From positions 94,267 to 158,266 of the forward strand of contig CAZOYD010000002.1 of NCBI GenBank assembly GCA_964583985.1: a stretch of 64,000 bases of DNA. Direction: 5' to 3'. Positions within the stretch are counted from its first letter, which is position 1, and the number at the start of each line of letters is the position of its first letter. Positions 10,749 through 21,515 of the stretch are shown here, one piece after another. A program made the translations under genes and the position numbers. The notes beneath the pieces were generated by a model. The model did no database searches. It was given only the letters and a program-made list of their open reading frames with translations, and was not told where the DNA came from. The stretch is from an uncultured archaeon. Lineage in GTDB: Archaea; Asgardarchaeota; Lokiarchaeia; Sigyniarchaeales; SOKP01.

Positions 10749-11420
10749 CTATAACAAACCCGTTATTGACATACCAATCACTAACAAGAGAAAACCTTGA
10801 AGCAAGCAAAATATTGCAATGATAAATGCCAACGGTGGCCAGGATATTGCCTTGGAAACTGACATCAAGCTCCCGATATAGAATTTCACCGTTAATGCTA
10901 CAATTGCAAACACCACAATGAACAAAATGATCAGGAATAATTTGGGATCAATAAAGACTGCGATTAATTGCACGGCTGTATCTGGGATTGCTAAAGACGC
11001 AAATATCACAACGAAGGTTGCTAATAAAAGCCCTAATATACTTCCTATTGGGAGATCATTTATTGGCTTTAAAAATGTTAAAACTCCTAATATGATAAGA
11101 AATGCCGAAGTAAAAATGCTCGCTGAATTTTGTGTATTCGTGGCATATGCAACGCTTGGGGGTTGATCAAGAATTAGACCTCCAACACCACAAAGAATGC
11201 TTAATACTCCAACAACAAATCCCAAATAGGTTAGAGCTTTTAAAAACTTTGTAATTTTAAAATTCCAATCCTCAACTTTGCGTTCTTTAAAGGATCCTCG
11301 TCGTTTTGCTTCATAAAAAGCATATATCATCCAAATAACTCCAAGTATTAAAATAAAGAATCCTGCAAATTCTGCTAGTGGTCGTAAGAATGCTTCTGTA
11401 AAATCAATTTGATATAACAC
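10749..11420 (-). CDS. multi-pass membrane protein
   Basis: About 6 hydrophobic helices. Confidence 0.7.
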   Translation of the reverse strand: MLYQIDFTEAFLRPLAEFAGFFILILGVIWMIYAFYEAKRRGSFKERKVEDWNFKITKFLKALTYLGFVVGVLSILCGVGGLILDQPPSVAYATNTQNSASIFTSAFLIILGVLTFLKPINDLPIGSILGLLLATFVVIFASLAIPDTAVQLIAVFIDPKLFLIILFIVVFAIVALTVKFYIGSLMSVSKAISWPPLAFIIAIFCLLQGFLLLVIGMSITGLL

Positions 11421-11968
11421 TTAATTTCACTTTTTATAATTGAATTATTAATTTATTATGATAAATAACACCAATTAAATATTTATATTATATCTAGTCC
11501 AATAATTGTTTTAAATAAAATATGATTAGGATTCTTGTTAGCAAGATCGGTCTTAAACCTAAACTCTTTATATAATATTTTGCACTTAAAGTGTCCTCCT
11601 ACATACCCGTCAATTTCAAGGTTTTATAATTTTAATAGGATTGCAAATTATTACCAAATCTTAAGATCAAGGAATTAAAAAAGAACTACTTTATTAAAAG
11701 ATAATTTAATGGCATGTAAATTATTTTTTGAGAAATTTTATGCCAAGAACAAATTAGAGAGCAATTGAAATTCGAAAAATTTAAATATAATAATTTGTCA
11801 ATCGAAACCTTTAAATAGTTAATTTATGAAAATTTTCCTTTTAATACTTTGTTAATATCCATCCGTTTATATTAATCGAAATCATAAACTTAAAATATAA
11901 TGAATTATTTTAATTTTACATACCCTTTTCTAAAAAATATAAGTTAGATTGAATAGATAAAGTATATA

Positions 11969-14440
11969 GTGATGAATACGTGTATTGAAACTAATTTATT
12001 ACAATCAAATAATGATGAACTAATAAAAACATTATTACAATTATCAACTAAAAAGAATGGTCTTACTTCTTCTCAAGCTTCTGAACGATTACAGGAGATC
12101 GGTCCAAATGAAATCCCAGAGAAAAAAAAGAATCCACTTATTGAATTCGCGAAGAATTTCTGGGGACCTATCCCATGGATGATTGAAGCAGCAGTTATAA
12201 TGTCCGTTTTTGATCAACAGTGGGATGATTTTTGGATCATTTTTTCATTGTTAATGTTAAATGCATTGATTCGGTTTTGGGAAGAACACAAGGCGGATAA
12301 CGCAATTGAATTGTTAAAACAACGATTAGCTATTAATGCCCGAGTAATTAGAGATGGTAAGTGGGGGATCCTGCCAGCAAGAGAATTAGTTCCAGGAGAC
12401 ATTATTCGAGTGCGGCTTGGAGATATTGTCCCCGCAGATATTAAGCTCATTGAAGGAGATTATTTATTGGTAGATGAATCTACTTTAACTGGCGAATCTT
12501 TACCCGCTGAAAAACATTTTATGGATTCGGAATACGCAGGAGCAATTGTTAAGCAAGGAGAAATGGTTGGTGTTGTTTCTGGTACGGGATTAAAAACTTT
12601 TTTTGGAAAAACAACAAAATTAATGAATTCATCAAAAACTAGAAGCCATTTTCAGAATGCAATAATGAAGATAGGTAATTACTTAATTACTTTAGCAATT
12701 GTTATTGTATTAGTAATTTTCGTAATTGCTACTATTAGACACGAAAGTATTCTACAAACCTTACAATTTTCTCTAATCTTAACTGTGGCAGGTATTCCTG
12801 CAGCTTTACCCGCTGTTCTTTCTGTAACAATGGCGATTGGAGCTATGGCATTAAGTAAAAAAGAAGCAATTGTAAGTAAGCTAGTAGCGATCGAAGAATT
12901 GGCAAGCATTGATGTGCTTTGTAGTGATAAGACTGGAACCATTACAAAAAATGAACTTACAATTGGTAAAGTAATTCCATTCTCAAACTATAGTGAAGAA
13001 GATGTCTTAAGATATGCTACGTTAGCATCTAAAGAAGAGAATCAAGACCCGATTGATAATGCAATAATTAATAAATTGAGAACATTTTCTTCTGCAGAAA
13101 ATGACTTAAAGCAATATAATGTATTGAAATTTAAACCGTTTGATCCAATTATCAAAAGAACTGAGGTAGAAATTGAAAAGGTATGTAATATAAAACAAGA
13201 TAGTGAAACTGAAAATGCTGAATGCTTTAAGGTGTCAAAAGGAGCCCCTCAAGTTATATTATCTTTGCTAACAGACAATAGTGATATTGAGACGATAAAT
13301 CATTATGTAGATAGTTTTGCATCTAAAGGATATCGGGCTCTGGGAGTGGCTAAAACTAATGGTCATGATGAATGGAATTATGTTGGTTTAATTTCTTTGT
13401 TCGATCCCCCACGAGAAGATTCAGCTGAAACAATAAAAACAGCTCAGTCTATGGGAATCAATGTCAAAATGATAACTGGAGATCATGTCGCTATTGCGAA
13501 GCAAATTGCCGAACAAGTTAATTTGGGTATGAATATTATAACAGCAAACGATTATTTAGAAAAAGTGAATGGCGAAGTAGAGAACTCCGTTGAGAATGCT
13601 GATGGATTTGCCCAATTCTTTCCTGAACATAAACATAACCTTGTACAGCTCCTTCAGAAAAAAGGACATATTGTTGGCATGACTGGTGATGGGGTAAATG
13701 ATGCACCAGCTTTGAAGATAGCAGATGTTGGAATTGCTGTTGCTGGAGCAACCGATGCTGCGAAATCTGCAGCTGATATTGTACTTACTAAGCCTGGAAT
13801 CTCTGTAACAATTGACGCAATAAAGGAAAGCCGAAATATTTTTCAAAGAATGACTAACTATGCCACCTATCGTATAGCTGAGACAATTAGAATCTTATTT
13901 TTCATTGCTTTATCAATTATTTTCTTTAATTTTTATCCCGTTACTGCTTTAATGATAGTGTTGCTTGCAATTCTCAATGATATTCCTATTATGACAATCT
14001 CTTATGATAATGTTAGATATCAAAATGAACCTCTAACATGGAATATGAAGAGACTATTACTGATGGCCACCTTTTTAGGAATTTTTGGAGTAATTTCTTC
14101 TTTTTTAATTCTTTACATTGGATTAAATGTCTTTCATTTAAGTCCAATCTTACTCCAATCTTTTATTTATTTAAAGCTCTCAGTAGCAGGACACTTGACT
14201 ATCTTTGTCGCTCGTACTAAAGGACCATTCTGGTCAATTAAACCTAAGAGAATTCTATTCATAGCGATAATTGCAACTCAATTAATAGCTACTCTAATCA
14301 CAGTTTATGGATTACTATTACCAGCAATGGGGTGGGGGTTGGCAATTTTTGTCTGGGTTTACGCTCTAGCATTCTTCATAATAACGGATTTCTTAAAAGT
14401 GCGATTGTATAAGTTATTTGATAAGTTGAGAATAATATAA
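11969..14440 (+). CDS. plasma-membrane proton-efflux P-type ATPase (P3A/PMA1-like)
   Basis: TGES, CSDKTGTIT, KGAPQ, DPPR, TGDGVNDAPALK, IAETIR, LAILND. Confidence 0.92.
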   Translation: MMNTCIETNLLQSNNDELIKTLLQLSTKKNGLTSSQASERLQEIGPNEIPEKKKNPLIEFAKNFWGPIPWMIEAAVIMSVFDQQWDDFWIIFSLLMLNALIRFWEEHKADNAIELLKQRLAINARVIRDGKWGILPARELVPGDIIRVRLGDIVPADIKLIEGDYLLVDESTLTGESLPAEKHFMDSEYAGAIVKQGEMVGVVSGTGLKTFFGKTTKLMNSSKTRSHFQNAIMKIGNYLITLAIVIVLVIFVIATIRHESILQTLQFSLILTVAGIPAALPAVLSVTMAIGAMALSKKEAIVSKLVAIEELASIDVLCSDKTGTITKNELTIGKVIPFSNYSEEDVLRYATLASKEENQDPIDNAIINKLRTFSSAENDLKQYNVLKFKPFDPIIKRTEVEIEKVCNIKQDSETENAECFKVSKGAPQVILSLLTDNSDIETINHYVDSFASKGYRALGVAKTNGHDEWNYVGLISLFDPPREDSAETIKTAQSMGINVKMITGDHVAIAKQIAEQVNLGMNIITANDYLEKVNGEVENSVENADGFAQFFPEHKHNLVQLLQKKGHIVGMTGDGVNDAPALKIADVGIAVAGATDAAKSAADIVLTKPGISVTIDAIKESRNIFQRMTNYATYRIAETIRILFFIALSIIFFNFYPVTALMIVLLAILNDIPIMTISYDNVRYQNEPLTWNMKRLLLMATFLGIFGVISSFLILYIGLNVFHLSPILLQSFIYLKLSVAGHLTIFVARTKGPFWSIKPKRILFIAIIATQLIATLITVYGLLLPAMGWGLAIFVWVYALAFFIITDFLKVRLYKLFDKLRII

Positions 14441-14616
14441 AAATAATTTCCTTTTTTTTAAATTTGAATTTAAATTAATTGTATTGATTAAATATTCACT
14501 CCGTTTGAGATCTCATTGAATAGATCGTTTTGTTTTTAAAAAATTAGGTATTAATTCATCAATAATTATCTATCTAAGTCATTATAAGACTTAATAATAA
14601 AATTGTTATTAAGATT

Positions 14617-16311
14617 TTAATGAATAAATGAAACGGTTTTGTTGATATAATCCAAATATTGATTGATCTCGTTAGTTTTAGTGCTATCATTCCAAGAATA
14701 TTCTTTTTGCATGATATTTGCTACTTTTTTAGTTACTTCTGATGCTTTTTTATGATCTATCAATAACGACATCTCAGTTCTTCGACAAAATACGTCAATT
14801 AAATGAGGTGTTAGCTCATATCGTAAAGTATATAAAATTTCTGCTTTGGTAAAGTCATTCTCTTCAATTAGTCTTTCGGTTAATGATTCATCAGCTTTCA
14901 TAAGATCTAATATTTTTTTTGCTCCTTTTCCATATTGCTGATAAAGATGGTCAGTAATATCTTGTTCCAGATATAAACCTGAGTATTCTAAAATTTTTTC
15001 CCATTCTTCTTTTTCAAGCGTGATGATGAACTTTTGTCGACTAAAGTATGATTCTCTATGGATATCTGAAAAGATCTTATTTTTTTCAATTTTTACAAAC
15101 AGATCTTCAGCCATTGCTCTCCATTCTGTTAATTTACCACCAGCTATCGTAAGTAATCCATCACTAGAGAAAAATATTATATGATTTCTAGATACTTCAC
15201 TCTCAGCTTTTCCTTTTTGCATTACTAATGGTCTAATTCCAGCATATGTAGATAAAATATTTTCATAATCTAATTTTGCATTTGGGTAATAAAATTTAAC
15301 AGATTCAATTAAATAATCAGCATCTTCTTTATTACAAAATGGATCTGTCAATTCTCCTTGATAATCGGTATCTGTTGTTCCTACTAATGTGTATTTTTTA
15401 TTTCTCGGAATAACAAAAAGAAATCTATTATCAACATTTGAATTAAGACCATTTGCCATATTATTCCCTATATCTTCACGCTTGTATAAGAGATGAACCC
15501 CCTTAGTCGGTCTAATTAACGGTTTTGGAATCGTGTCCGGATAATTCTCTATAAGATTATCGGCCCATACACCGGTCGCATTTATTACTAATTGAGCTCT
15601 GATTTCAAAATCAGAATCAGTTTCTAAATCTCTGCATTTTATCCCAACAATTTTCCCTTTAATTTTAGTGTAATTGGTGACCTTACAATAATTTATGGAA
15701 TCTGCACCCCTAATATTTGCTTCCTTCAGTGTTTCAATCGTTAAACGCGCGTCATCAATGTTTGTATCATAATATATTATACCACCAGATATACCCTCTC
15801 TTCTAAATTGTGGTTCTAATTTATATATTTCTTCAGCATTGTATGATTCATTTTTTTTATAATTTTTAAATTCTGATTTATCATCGCTTAAAAAATCATA
15901 TATTTTAGCACCACCCAGTAAATCACGCTTTTTATACTTTCCTCCTTCTATAAATGGTATAAAAAATGGAATAGGTCTAACTAAATGGGGTATCTGAACT
16001 CTCATCCAATTTCTTTCACGACAAGCACTCTTAACTAAATCCATTTCTCCATGCCCTACATATCTAATTCCGCCGTGTGCCAATTTTGTACTTCGCGATG
16101 AAGTTCCAGCTGCGAAATCCTGCATATCAAGTAACGCCACTTTTAAATCCCTCATTGAAGCCTCTCGTGCAATCCCTGCTCCAGTAATACCGCCCCCTAT
16201 AATGATTATATCGTAATATGTTTCTTTCAGTCGATTAATGATTTGACCTCTGTTCGATACATTCCAAGTCTGATCAAATAATTTTTTTTCTAAATCTATC
16301 ATTTTAACCAT
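14617..16311 (-). CDS. glpD: FAD-dependent glycerol-3-phosphate dehydrogenase/oxidase (GlpD/GlpA family)
   Basis: GGGITG, GTSSRSTKLAHGGIRY, RPTKGVH, VGTTD, YAGIRPL, SRNH, GGKLT. Confidence 0.9.
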   Translation of the reverse strand: MVKMIDLEKKLFDQTWNVSNRGQIINRLKETYYDIIIIGGGITGAGIAREASMRDLKVALLDMQDFAAGTSSRSTKLAHGGIRYVGHGEMDLVKSACRERNWMRVQIPHLVRPIPFFIPFIEGGKYKKRDLLGGAKIYDFLSDDKSEFKNYKKNESYNAEEIYKLEPQFRREGISGGIIYYDTNIDDARLTIETLKEANIRGADSINYCKVTNYTKIKGKIVGIKCRDLETDSDFEIRAQLVINATGVWADNLIENYPDTIPKPLIRPTKGVHLLYKREDIGNNMANGLNSNVDNRFLFVIPRNKKYTLVGTTDTDYQGELTDPFCNKEDADYLIESVKFYYPNAKLDYENILSTYAGIRPLVMQKGKAESEVSRNHIIFFSSDGLLTIAGGKLTEWRAMAEDLFVKIEKNKIFSDIHRESYFSRQKFIITLEKEEWEKILEYSGLYLEQDITDHLYQQYGKGAKKILDLMKADESLTERLIEENDFTKAEILYTLRYELTPHLIDVFCRRTEMSLLIDHKKASEVTKKVANIMQKEYSWNDSTKTNEINQYLDYINKTVSFIH

Positions 16312-16406
16312 AATTAGAAAATTCTGGAACGTAAATAAGTGTTTCTTAATCTTTTACAGGGATAAATAAATTGATAAAGATGTAATTTATAATTATTTTA
16401 ATTCAA

Positions 16407-16850
16407 ATGGTGAAAAAATTGCTGAATTCAGAATTATTACATGAGATTAAATTAAAATTATCTGATGGAAATGCCAAGGCTGAAGATTGTTCCAAACTTT
16501 TTGAAATATATAAACAAATTTCATTAGAAAATGCGGAATTAAGAGAAGAATTTGATGATATGGGAATGTTAGATATGGACTTCTTAGGACAAATGATCAT
16601 ATCCGATAAAAACAAGAAATTTTGGCTTAAATTCAAAGATGGAAAAGTGGATTATGGAAAAGATGATGCCAATAATCCCTTAATTACCTTTACAACTAAT
16701 ATGAATACGTTTATAGGAATTCTTTTTGGGACTATTGAAATTTCTAGTGCTCATAAAGCCGGAGATGTCAGCTTTAATGGTGATAGTGAAGCTTTAATGG
16801 ATTTTCAAGCAATAACTTCTGTTTTGAATGATTTTTTACAAAATATTTAA
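16407..16850 (+). CDS. SCP2 sterol/lipid-binding domain protein
   Basis: SCP2 pattern F.L...GKV....A..P.IT.....F..I..G......A...G...F.GD. Confidence 0.8.
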   Translation: MVKKLLNSELLHEIKLKLSDGNAKAEDCSKLFEIYKQISLENAELREEFDDMGMLDMDFLGQMIISDKNKKFWLKFKDGKVDYGKDDANNPLITFTTNMNTFIGILFGTIEISSAHKAGDVSFNGDSEALMDFQAITSVLNDFLQNI

Positions 16851-16965
16851 TATAATCTCTTTTTATATCGCATCTAATAGTAATATTTAACATTTTTCCA
16901 TTGTATTTGATTAGGTTTTGAATTGCTCTTTCTAAAATTTGATGATAATTTTATTCTTCCTGCAT

Positions 16966-18147
16966 TCAAGTAAAATTAGAGATATCACTCGTAATAAATT
17001 CCATATATCTTTTTAAAAATGTGGATAATTGGTTAAAATTGGGGGATTCTCCGGTTCTTACAAATATAGCGGTTAGCGCATTTCCCATTAGTATTGCTTC
17101 AGGTGGGGACAGATCGGAAGAAATTCCAAGAACAGTACCAGAATGAAAATGATCTCCCGCTCCAACAGTAAATTTGGGTTTTGATGTAAACCCTTCGGTG
17201 ATCCAATAATGATCTTCTACTGTAGAAATTGTTGCAAAATGAGGAGAGTGAATCACTAAATAAGATAGATTGATTTCTCTATTCATTTTCTTTCCGCCTT
17301 CAATAAATTCAGACAGTCGAGATTTATCTAAATTTTTAATATTAAGCAAGACTCTTGAAAGATAGGAAGCTTCTTGATCATTTGCACTTAACAAGACAGG
17401 GATATGATCATTGATTTTTTGTAGAACCTTAATTAGATCATTTATGTCATTTGCTGAGCGTTTTCTAATATCGGCGATATCTACGAAAAAGAGTTTCTTT
17501 CTTAGATTAGAAATTGACGGAAAAAGATCACTTAAAAAGTGTTTCCAAATATCATTTAAATGAGGCACTAAAGCCCAGTGACCAAATCCCAAGATGTCTG
17601 ATTTATCAACCATTTGAATTATATCATCAACCTTTAATATCTTAGTAAGCGTTTTCCAGCTAATATTTAGGATGGGTTCAAAATCAGTAATCATTATTTT
17701 ACCATCATCAAATTCTAAACCTAGAGTTTGACCTGGATTCGCTATTGGGTAGGATTCTACATCAGGTAAGGGAATGTATAATTCGTTTAACGCTGGATAA
17801 CCTAAAGCAGCTATTAGATAGATTTTCGATCCTAATGCATTAATCGCTCTACATGTATTGGGGGCAAATCCACCAAAAATTCGTTTTTTTAACACTCTCT
17901 CCACATTTGCTGAACTCCCGGCAACGTCTATTAGCAATTCTCCAAAATCCTTTAATGTACTCATTTTAGTCCATTCTTCTGCATTTTTTCTACTCTGAAC
18001 GAGTGAATAAAGTGAATCAATATATCCGTCAAATCCTAAAAAACAGGATTTACTCTTAATTAAATTTTCTAAATCCCCTAATTTCGTAATTATGCTATTA
18101 CAGGATTCTAATGTATAATCATAATTATTCTGTGGTTTATATTTCAT
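16966..18147 (-). CDS. PfkB/ribokinase-superfamily carbohydrate kinase-like protein
   Basis: GFDGYID, NDQEA, anion-hole motif TVGAGDHFHSG. Confidence 0.75.
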   Translation of the reverse strand: MKYKPQNNYDYTLESCNSIITKLGDLENLIKSKSCFLGFDGYIDSLYSLVQSRKNAEEWTKMSTLKDFGELLIDVAGSSANVERVLKKRIFGGFAPNTCRAINALGSKIYLIAALGYPALNELYIPLPDVESYPIANPGQTLGLEFDDGKIMITDFEPILNISWKTLTKILKVDDIIQMVDKSDILGFGHWALVPHLNDIWKHFLSDLFPSISNLRKKLFFVDIADIRKRSANDINDLIKVLQKINDHIPVLLSANDQEASYLSRVLLNIKNLDKSRLSEFIEGGKKMNREINLSYLVIHSPHFATISTVEDHYWITEGFTSKPKFTVGAGDHFHSGTVLGISSDLSPPEAILMGNALTAIFVRTGESPNFNQLSTFLKRYMEFITSDISNFT

Positions 18148-18273
18148 AAGATCACCTTAAACTATCTTGGATATAATAAATAATATCTTTAATTATTTTA
18201 AACCAAAAATAATTGAGATAATAAATTGAGATCTCCTTTTATAATTAAAAAAATTTAGGTTAAAAAAAAAGAG

Positions 18274-18756
18274 TTAATTATAGGTATAAATTGCTAATAC
18301 TCCTTCATTAATGTATTCACTAACTCCGACACCAAATGCTTGTACTTCTATTTCATATGTACCTGCTGCTAAACCATTAATTAAAACATGTGTTGTTATA
18401 CTATAACCCATAAGTGCTCCACCAGAAGTTTCTATATTGAATTCTCTCCTAGAGCTTGGGATTTCGACGTTATCCCTCATTAATCGTACCCCACCTATAA
18501 GAACCCCTATATTAGCTGTAAATTCACCATTGAACAAGATCATAACCTTTTCTCCTGTATTTACAGTGATAGTTAGATCCATATCAGGTATATCAGCGTA
18601 GCTTCCGGAAGTATAATAAATTGTTGGTTGTTCAATTGTCCAAATTTGCACAATTGCAGGTTCTGGTGTAAAAAAAACTGAATAAACACCAAGACCTAAA
18701 CCCCCAAGACCAACTAGCAAAGCTAAGACTGCTAATCCATTATTTCTACTGCTCAT
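18274..18756 (-). CDS. N-terminally anchored beta-sandwich hypothetical protein
   Basis: N-terminal TM helix, then beta-rich region ending GL.AGTYEIEVQ. Confidence 0.65.
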   Translation of the reverse strand: MSSRNNGLAVLALLVGLGGLGLGVYSVFFTPEPAIVQIWTIEQPTIYYTSGSYADIPDMDLTITVNTGEKVMILFNGEFTANIGVLIGGVRLMRDNVEIPSSRREFNIETSGGALMGYSITTHVLINGLAAGTYEIEVQAFGVGVSEYINEGVLAIYTYN

Positions 18757-18891
18757 ATTCTCATATCACATCTTTTTCTAATTAAATCTTAAATTATATT
18801 ACACTATAAACACCAAAATTTAAAATTTATTTTTGCGGGAGATATTAATCATATATGATAATATAAGATAAAACGATTTTAGAATGAAGAA

Positions 18892-19950
18892 TTATTTTTC
18901 TAACAACTTATTAAGAATTAAAGGCATTGAATAGACGTCATAATAATTGTGATCGATGCATTCTTTCATTAATCCAACAAATTTTTGAGGATCTTGAAGG
19001 TATTTTTTATAACTTAACCCAATAAGACCACTAGGCATCTCATTTTCTCTTTTTAAATTTAGTAGTTTTTCTTCCATGTTTGTAAGACTAAATTTTTCAT
19101 AGAGTCCTTTAAATTTCCTGCGACAATTATGATATAAATCAATGTGATGATAAACTGTATTAACTGAATCGTAAAGATTGTCTTGTTCCCTGATCATTGG
19201 GTTGCTATTATAGTAATATATGAACCTTCTTGCCATGTAAGGCAAATCAAATGTTCTACCATTATATGTCACGAAGCTTTTAAAGTTGGGAAATACTCTA
19301 TTCTTTAAATGCTCACATATCGCTATTTCTTCACTTACATCTCTAGCATATAAAATATGAATCTCGAAGGAAGAATTGGTAAAATGGCCTAACCCAATAA
19401 TTATCATCGGACCATCATAGAGATCTAATGTTTCTATATCTAAAAATAAAAAATCTTTTATATTAAAACAGAAGCTGGCATCAATATCATAAATATATTG
19501 GTTATTGAGCAATGCGTTGTAATCTTTTTCTTTTATTAATTTCAATAATTCGTTTGCTGATTTTCCATATTTGATCATGTGTTTTAAATCATGGAGAGAG
19601 TTCACTCCGCGATCTTTTAAACGCTTTTCAATATATTCGCCTATGTAATAAATTGTCTTTAGATTGTAAATAATGGAATTTTTAGACGAATTCAAGTTGA
19701 GATTATGGGGAATGTCAACGTTTTCCCAGATTATTTCCATGAATTGCCCCATATCATTTGATACAATTTGATAATTGGGATAGAGCTCTTCAATTGTTAA
19801 TCCTTTATATTGCTCTATGAATGGAGTGATGTTAAAGCGGTCAAAAACTTGATAATAGTCCATTTTCAATATATAATCTGTAACTATATTTAATAATTTA
19901 ATCGGTGAAGAATTATAATAACTCTGTATTAAATAAAAACACCTTTTCAA
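18892..19950 (-). CDS. YprB-like ribonuclease H-like domain protein
   Basis: FLDIETL, VTYNGRTFDLPY, HIDLYH, HNYYD. Confidence 0.85.
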   Translation of the reverse strand: MKRCFYLIQSYYNSSPIKLLNIVTDYILKMDYYQVFDRFNITPFIEQYKGLTIEELYPNYQIVSNDMGQFMEIIWENVDIPHNLNLNSSKNSIIYNLKTIYYIGEYIEKRLKDRGVNSLHDLKHMIKYGKSANELLKLIKEKDYNALLNNQYIYDIDASFCFNIKDFLFLDIETLDLYDGPMIIIGLGHFTNSSFEIHILYARDVSEEIAICEHLKNRVFPNFKSFVTYNGRTFDLPYMARRFIYYYNSNPMIREQDNLYDSVNTVYHHIDLYHNCRRKFKGLYEKFSLTNMEEKLLNLKRENEMPSGLIGLSYKKYLQDPQKFVGLMKECIDHNYYDVYSMPLILNKLLEK

Positions 19951-19998
19951 CTTATCTTAATTTTTGGAATTAAGATAGAAAACGTGTTTCTTTTTGAT

Positions 19999-21333
19999 CT
20001 AATAATCAATTCGAGGAATGGAATCATCCAGTTCATTGCGTGATGGTTTAAACTTGAAAAACCTCCTTGATTCACTATCTTCTAAGACGTAATTGCTTCC
20101 TCCACCATGTACCATACAATACGGGTCCATTAGCCCTATTTCATTAGCATATTGCCTTGTAAATCCCCTACCACCTAAAGTTCTGAAGCAGTGTATAGCA
20201 CTTTCAAAACCGAGTTCTGTTGAACTGATTTTTAATCCCATTGCGTTAGCCGCCATTAATTTTGAACCTGCTAATTCTGGATTTTTATCTAATTGTCGTA
20301 CATACTGAATAAGCGCAGAAAACAATAAATTTAATTCTCTAATTTTGGATGAGATTGGAAATCGAATCACTTGATATTGATGGAGCCTGCGTTCGAACTG
20401 TATTCTTTGTAACGCATAAGCATGAGAATAGAGCAACTTTTTCATGGTATCACCTAAAGCTTCCGCACTAATTACTAAACGTTCTTCAGTCAATTGGTGA
20501 AATGCAATATCCAACCCATGTCCTCTCAACAAGTTTTCCTTAGGAATTTCTACCCTATCAAATATCAATCTACTCACGAACGCATCTGTCATTCCATAAG
20601 TGCTGATTCTAGTGCTCCTAAAATCTTTAAGCTGTTGATGTTCAGTGTCAACTACAATTGCACTTAGCTGACCATTGTTTAAGCGACCATACAAGATGAT
20701 ATAATCAGCTATCATCCCATTAGTAATGAAGAGTTTCTTTCCCTTTGCAATGATTTTATCATCTCTCTCATGGAGTGCTAGTTCCATTCGGAAAATGTCT
20801 GAACCGGCATTGAATTCGGTCATGGCTGAAGCTCCTATTTGACCATTCTTGGCAACAGGAACGAGAAATTTTTCTTTTTGAAACTCATTTGATGCATAAT
20901 TTACAGGATTGCAATATAAAGTACCCCCTGCAAGCCTTCCCATTTCAATGCTATAATTGCCTGCTATGTACCTCTCACTATACTCGCTCCACCTACCACC
21001 ACATAATGCATAAGCAATTAAAGCATTCCGAGTAATTCTACCAACTTCATAATCATCTTCATTTAGCACAGTTGAATAATATCCTTTGTCAGATAATTTT
21101 TTCATTATATTGACGACGAGGTCTCTCTTTTTCTCCTGGGTAGGTTCCTCAACAATGTAATTTAGTTCCTCTAATTTTCTAAGTTCTGTATCAAGCTCTT
21201 TTTCAATAAATTCATATAATTCAGCTAGAAATTCTTTTTCTTTTGCATTCAAGACGGGATTATTTAATAAATCCAATTCAGGGACGTATTTCGAAATGCG
21301 TATCTTGCTGAATTCAGCAATTCTAGTATCCAT
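19999..21333 (-). CDS. acyl-CoA dehydrogenase family protein
   Basis: AMTEFNAGSD, GKKLFITNG, RIQF, LGGRGF. Confidence 0.88.
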   Translation of the reverse strand: MDTRIAEFSKIRISKYVPELDLLNNPVLNAKEKEFLAELYEFIEKELDTELRKLEELNYIVEEPTQEKKRDLVVNIMKKLSDKGYYSTVLNEDDYEVGRITRNALIAYALCGGRWSEYSERYIAGNYSIEMGRLAGGTLYCNPVNYASNEFQKEKFLVPVAKNGQIGASAMTEFNAGSDIFRMELALHERDDKIIAKGKKLFITNGMIADYIILYGRLNNGQLSAIVVDTEHQQLKDFRSTRISTYGMTDAFVSRLIFDRVEIPKENLLRGHGLDIAFHQLTEERLVISAEALGDTMKKLLYSHAYALQRIQFERRLHQYQVIRFPISSKIRELNLLFSALIQYVRQLDKNPELAGSKLMAANAMGLKISSTELGFESAIHCFRTLGGRGFTRQYANEIGLMDPYCMVHGGGSNYVLEDSESRRFFKFKPSRNELDDSIPRIDY

Positions 21334-21515
21334 ACTAGATCATACATTTTTTTGTAATAATAAATTTACCTTGATACGGATGTTGGAATTTATTCCCACT
21401 TATAATTCGTAATTTATTGGTAAGTTTTAATCATAAAGCTTCTTAATAATAAAATATCAAATCTTTTAGTAAAGAGATTTAAATATACTTCTAAAATAAA
21501 CTTAGAGTGTAAAAA

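Noticed and set aside
11605-11620. CCCGTCAATT match to the complement of a conserved 16S rRNA segment (possible guide RNA)
   Set aside because: Only about 10 nt, with no flanking C/D boxes; compatible with chance.
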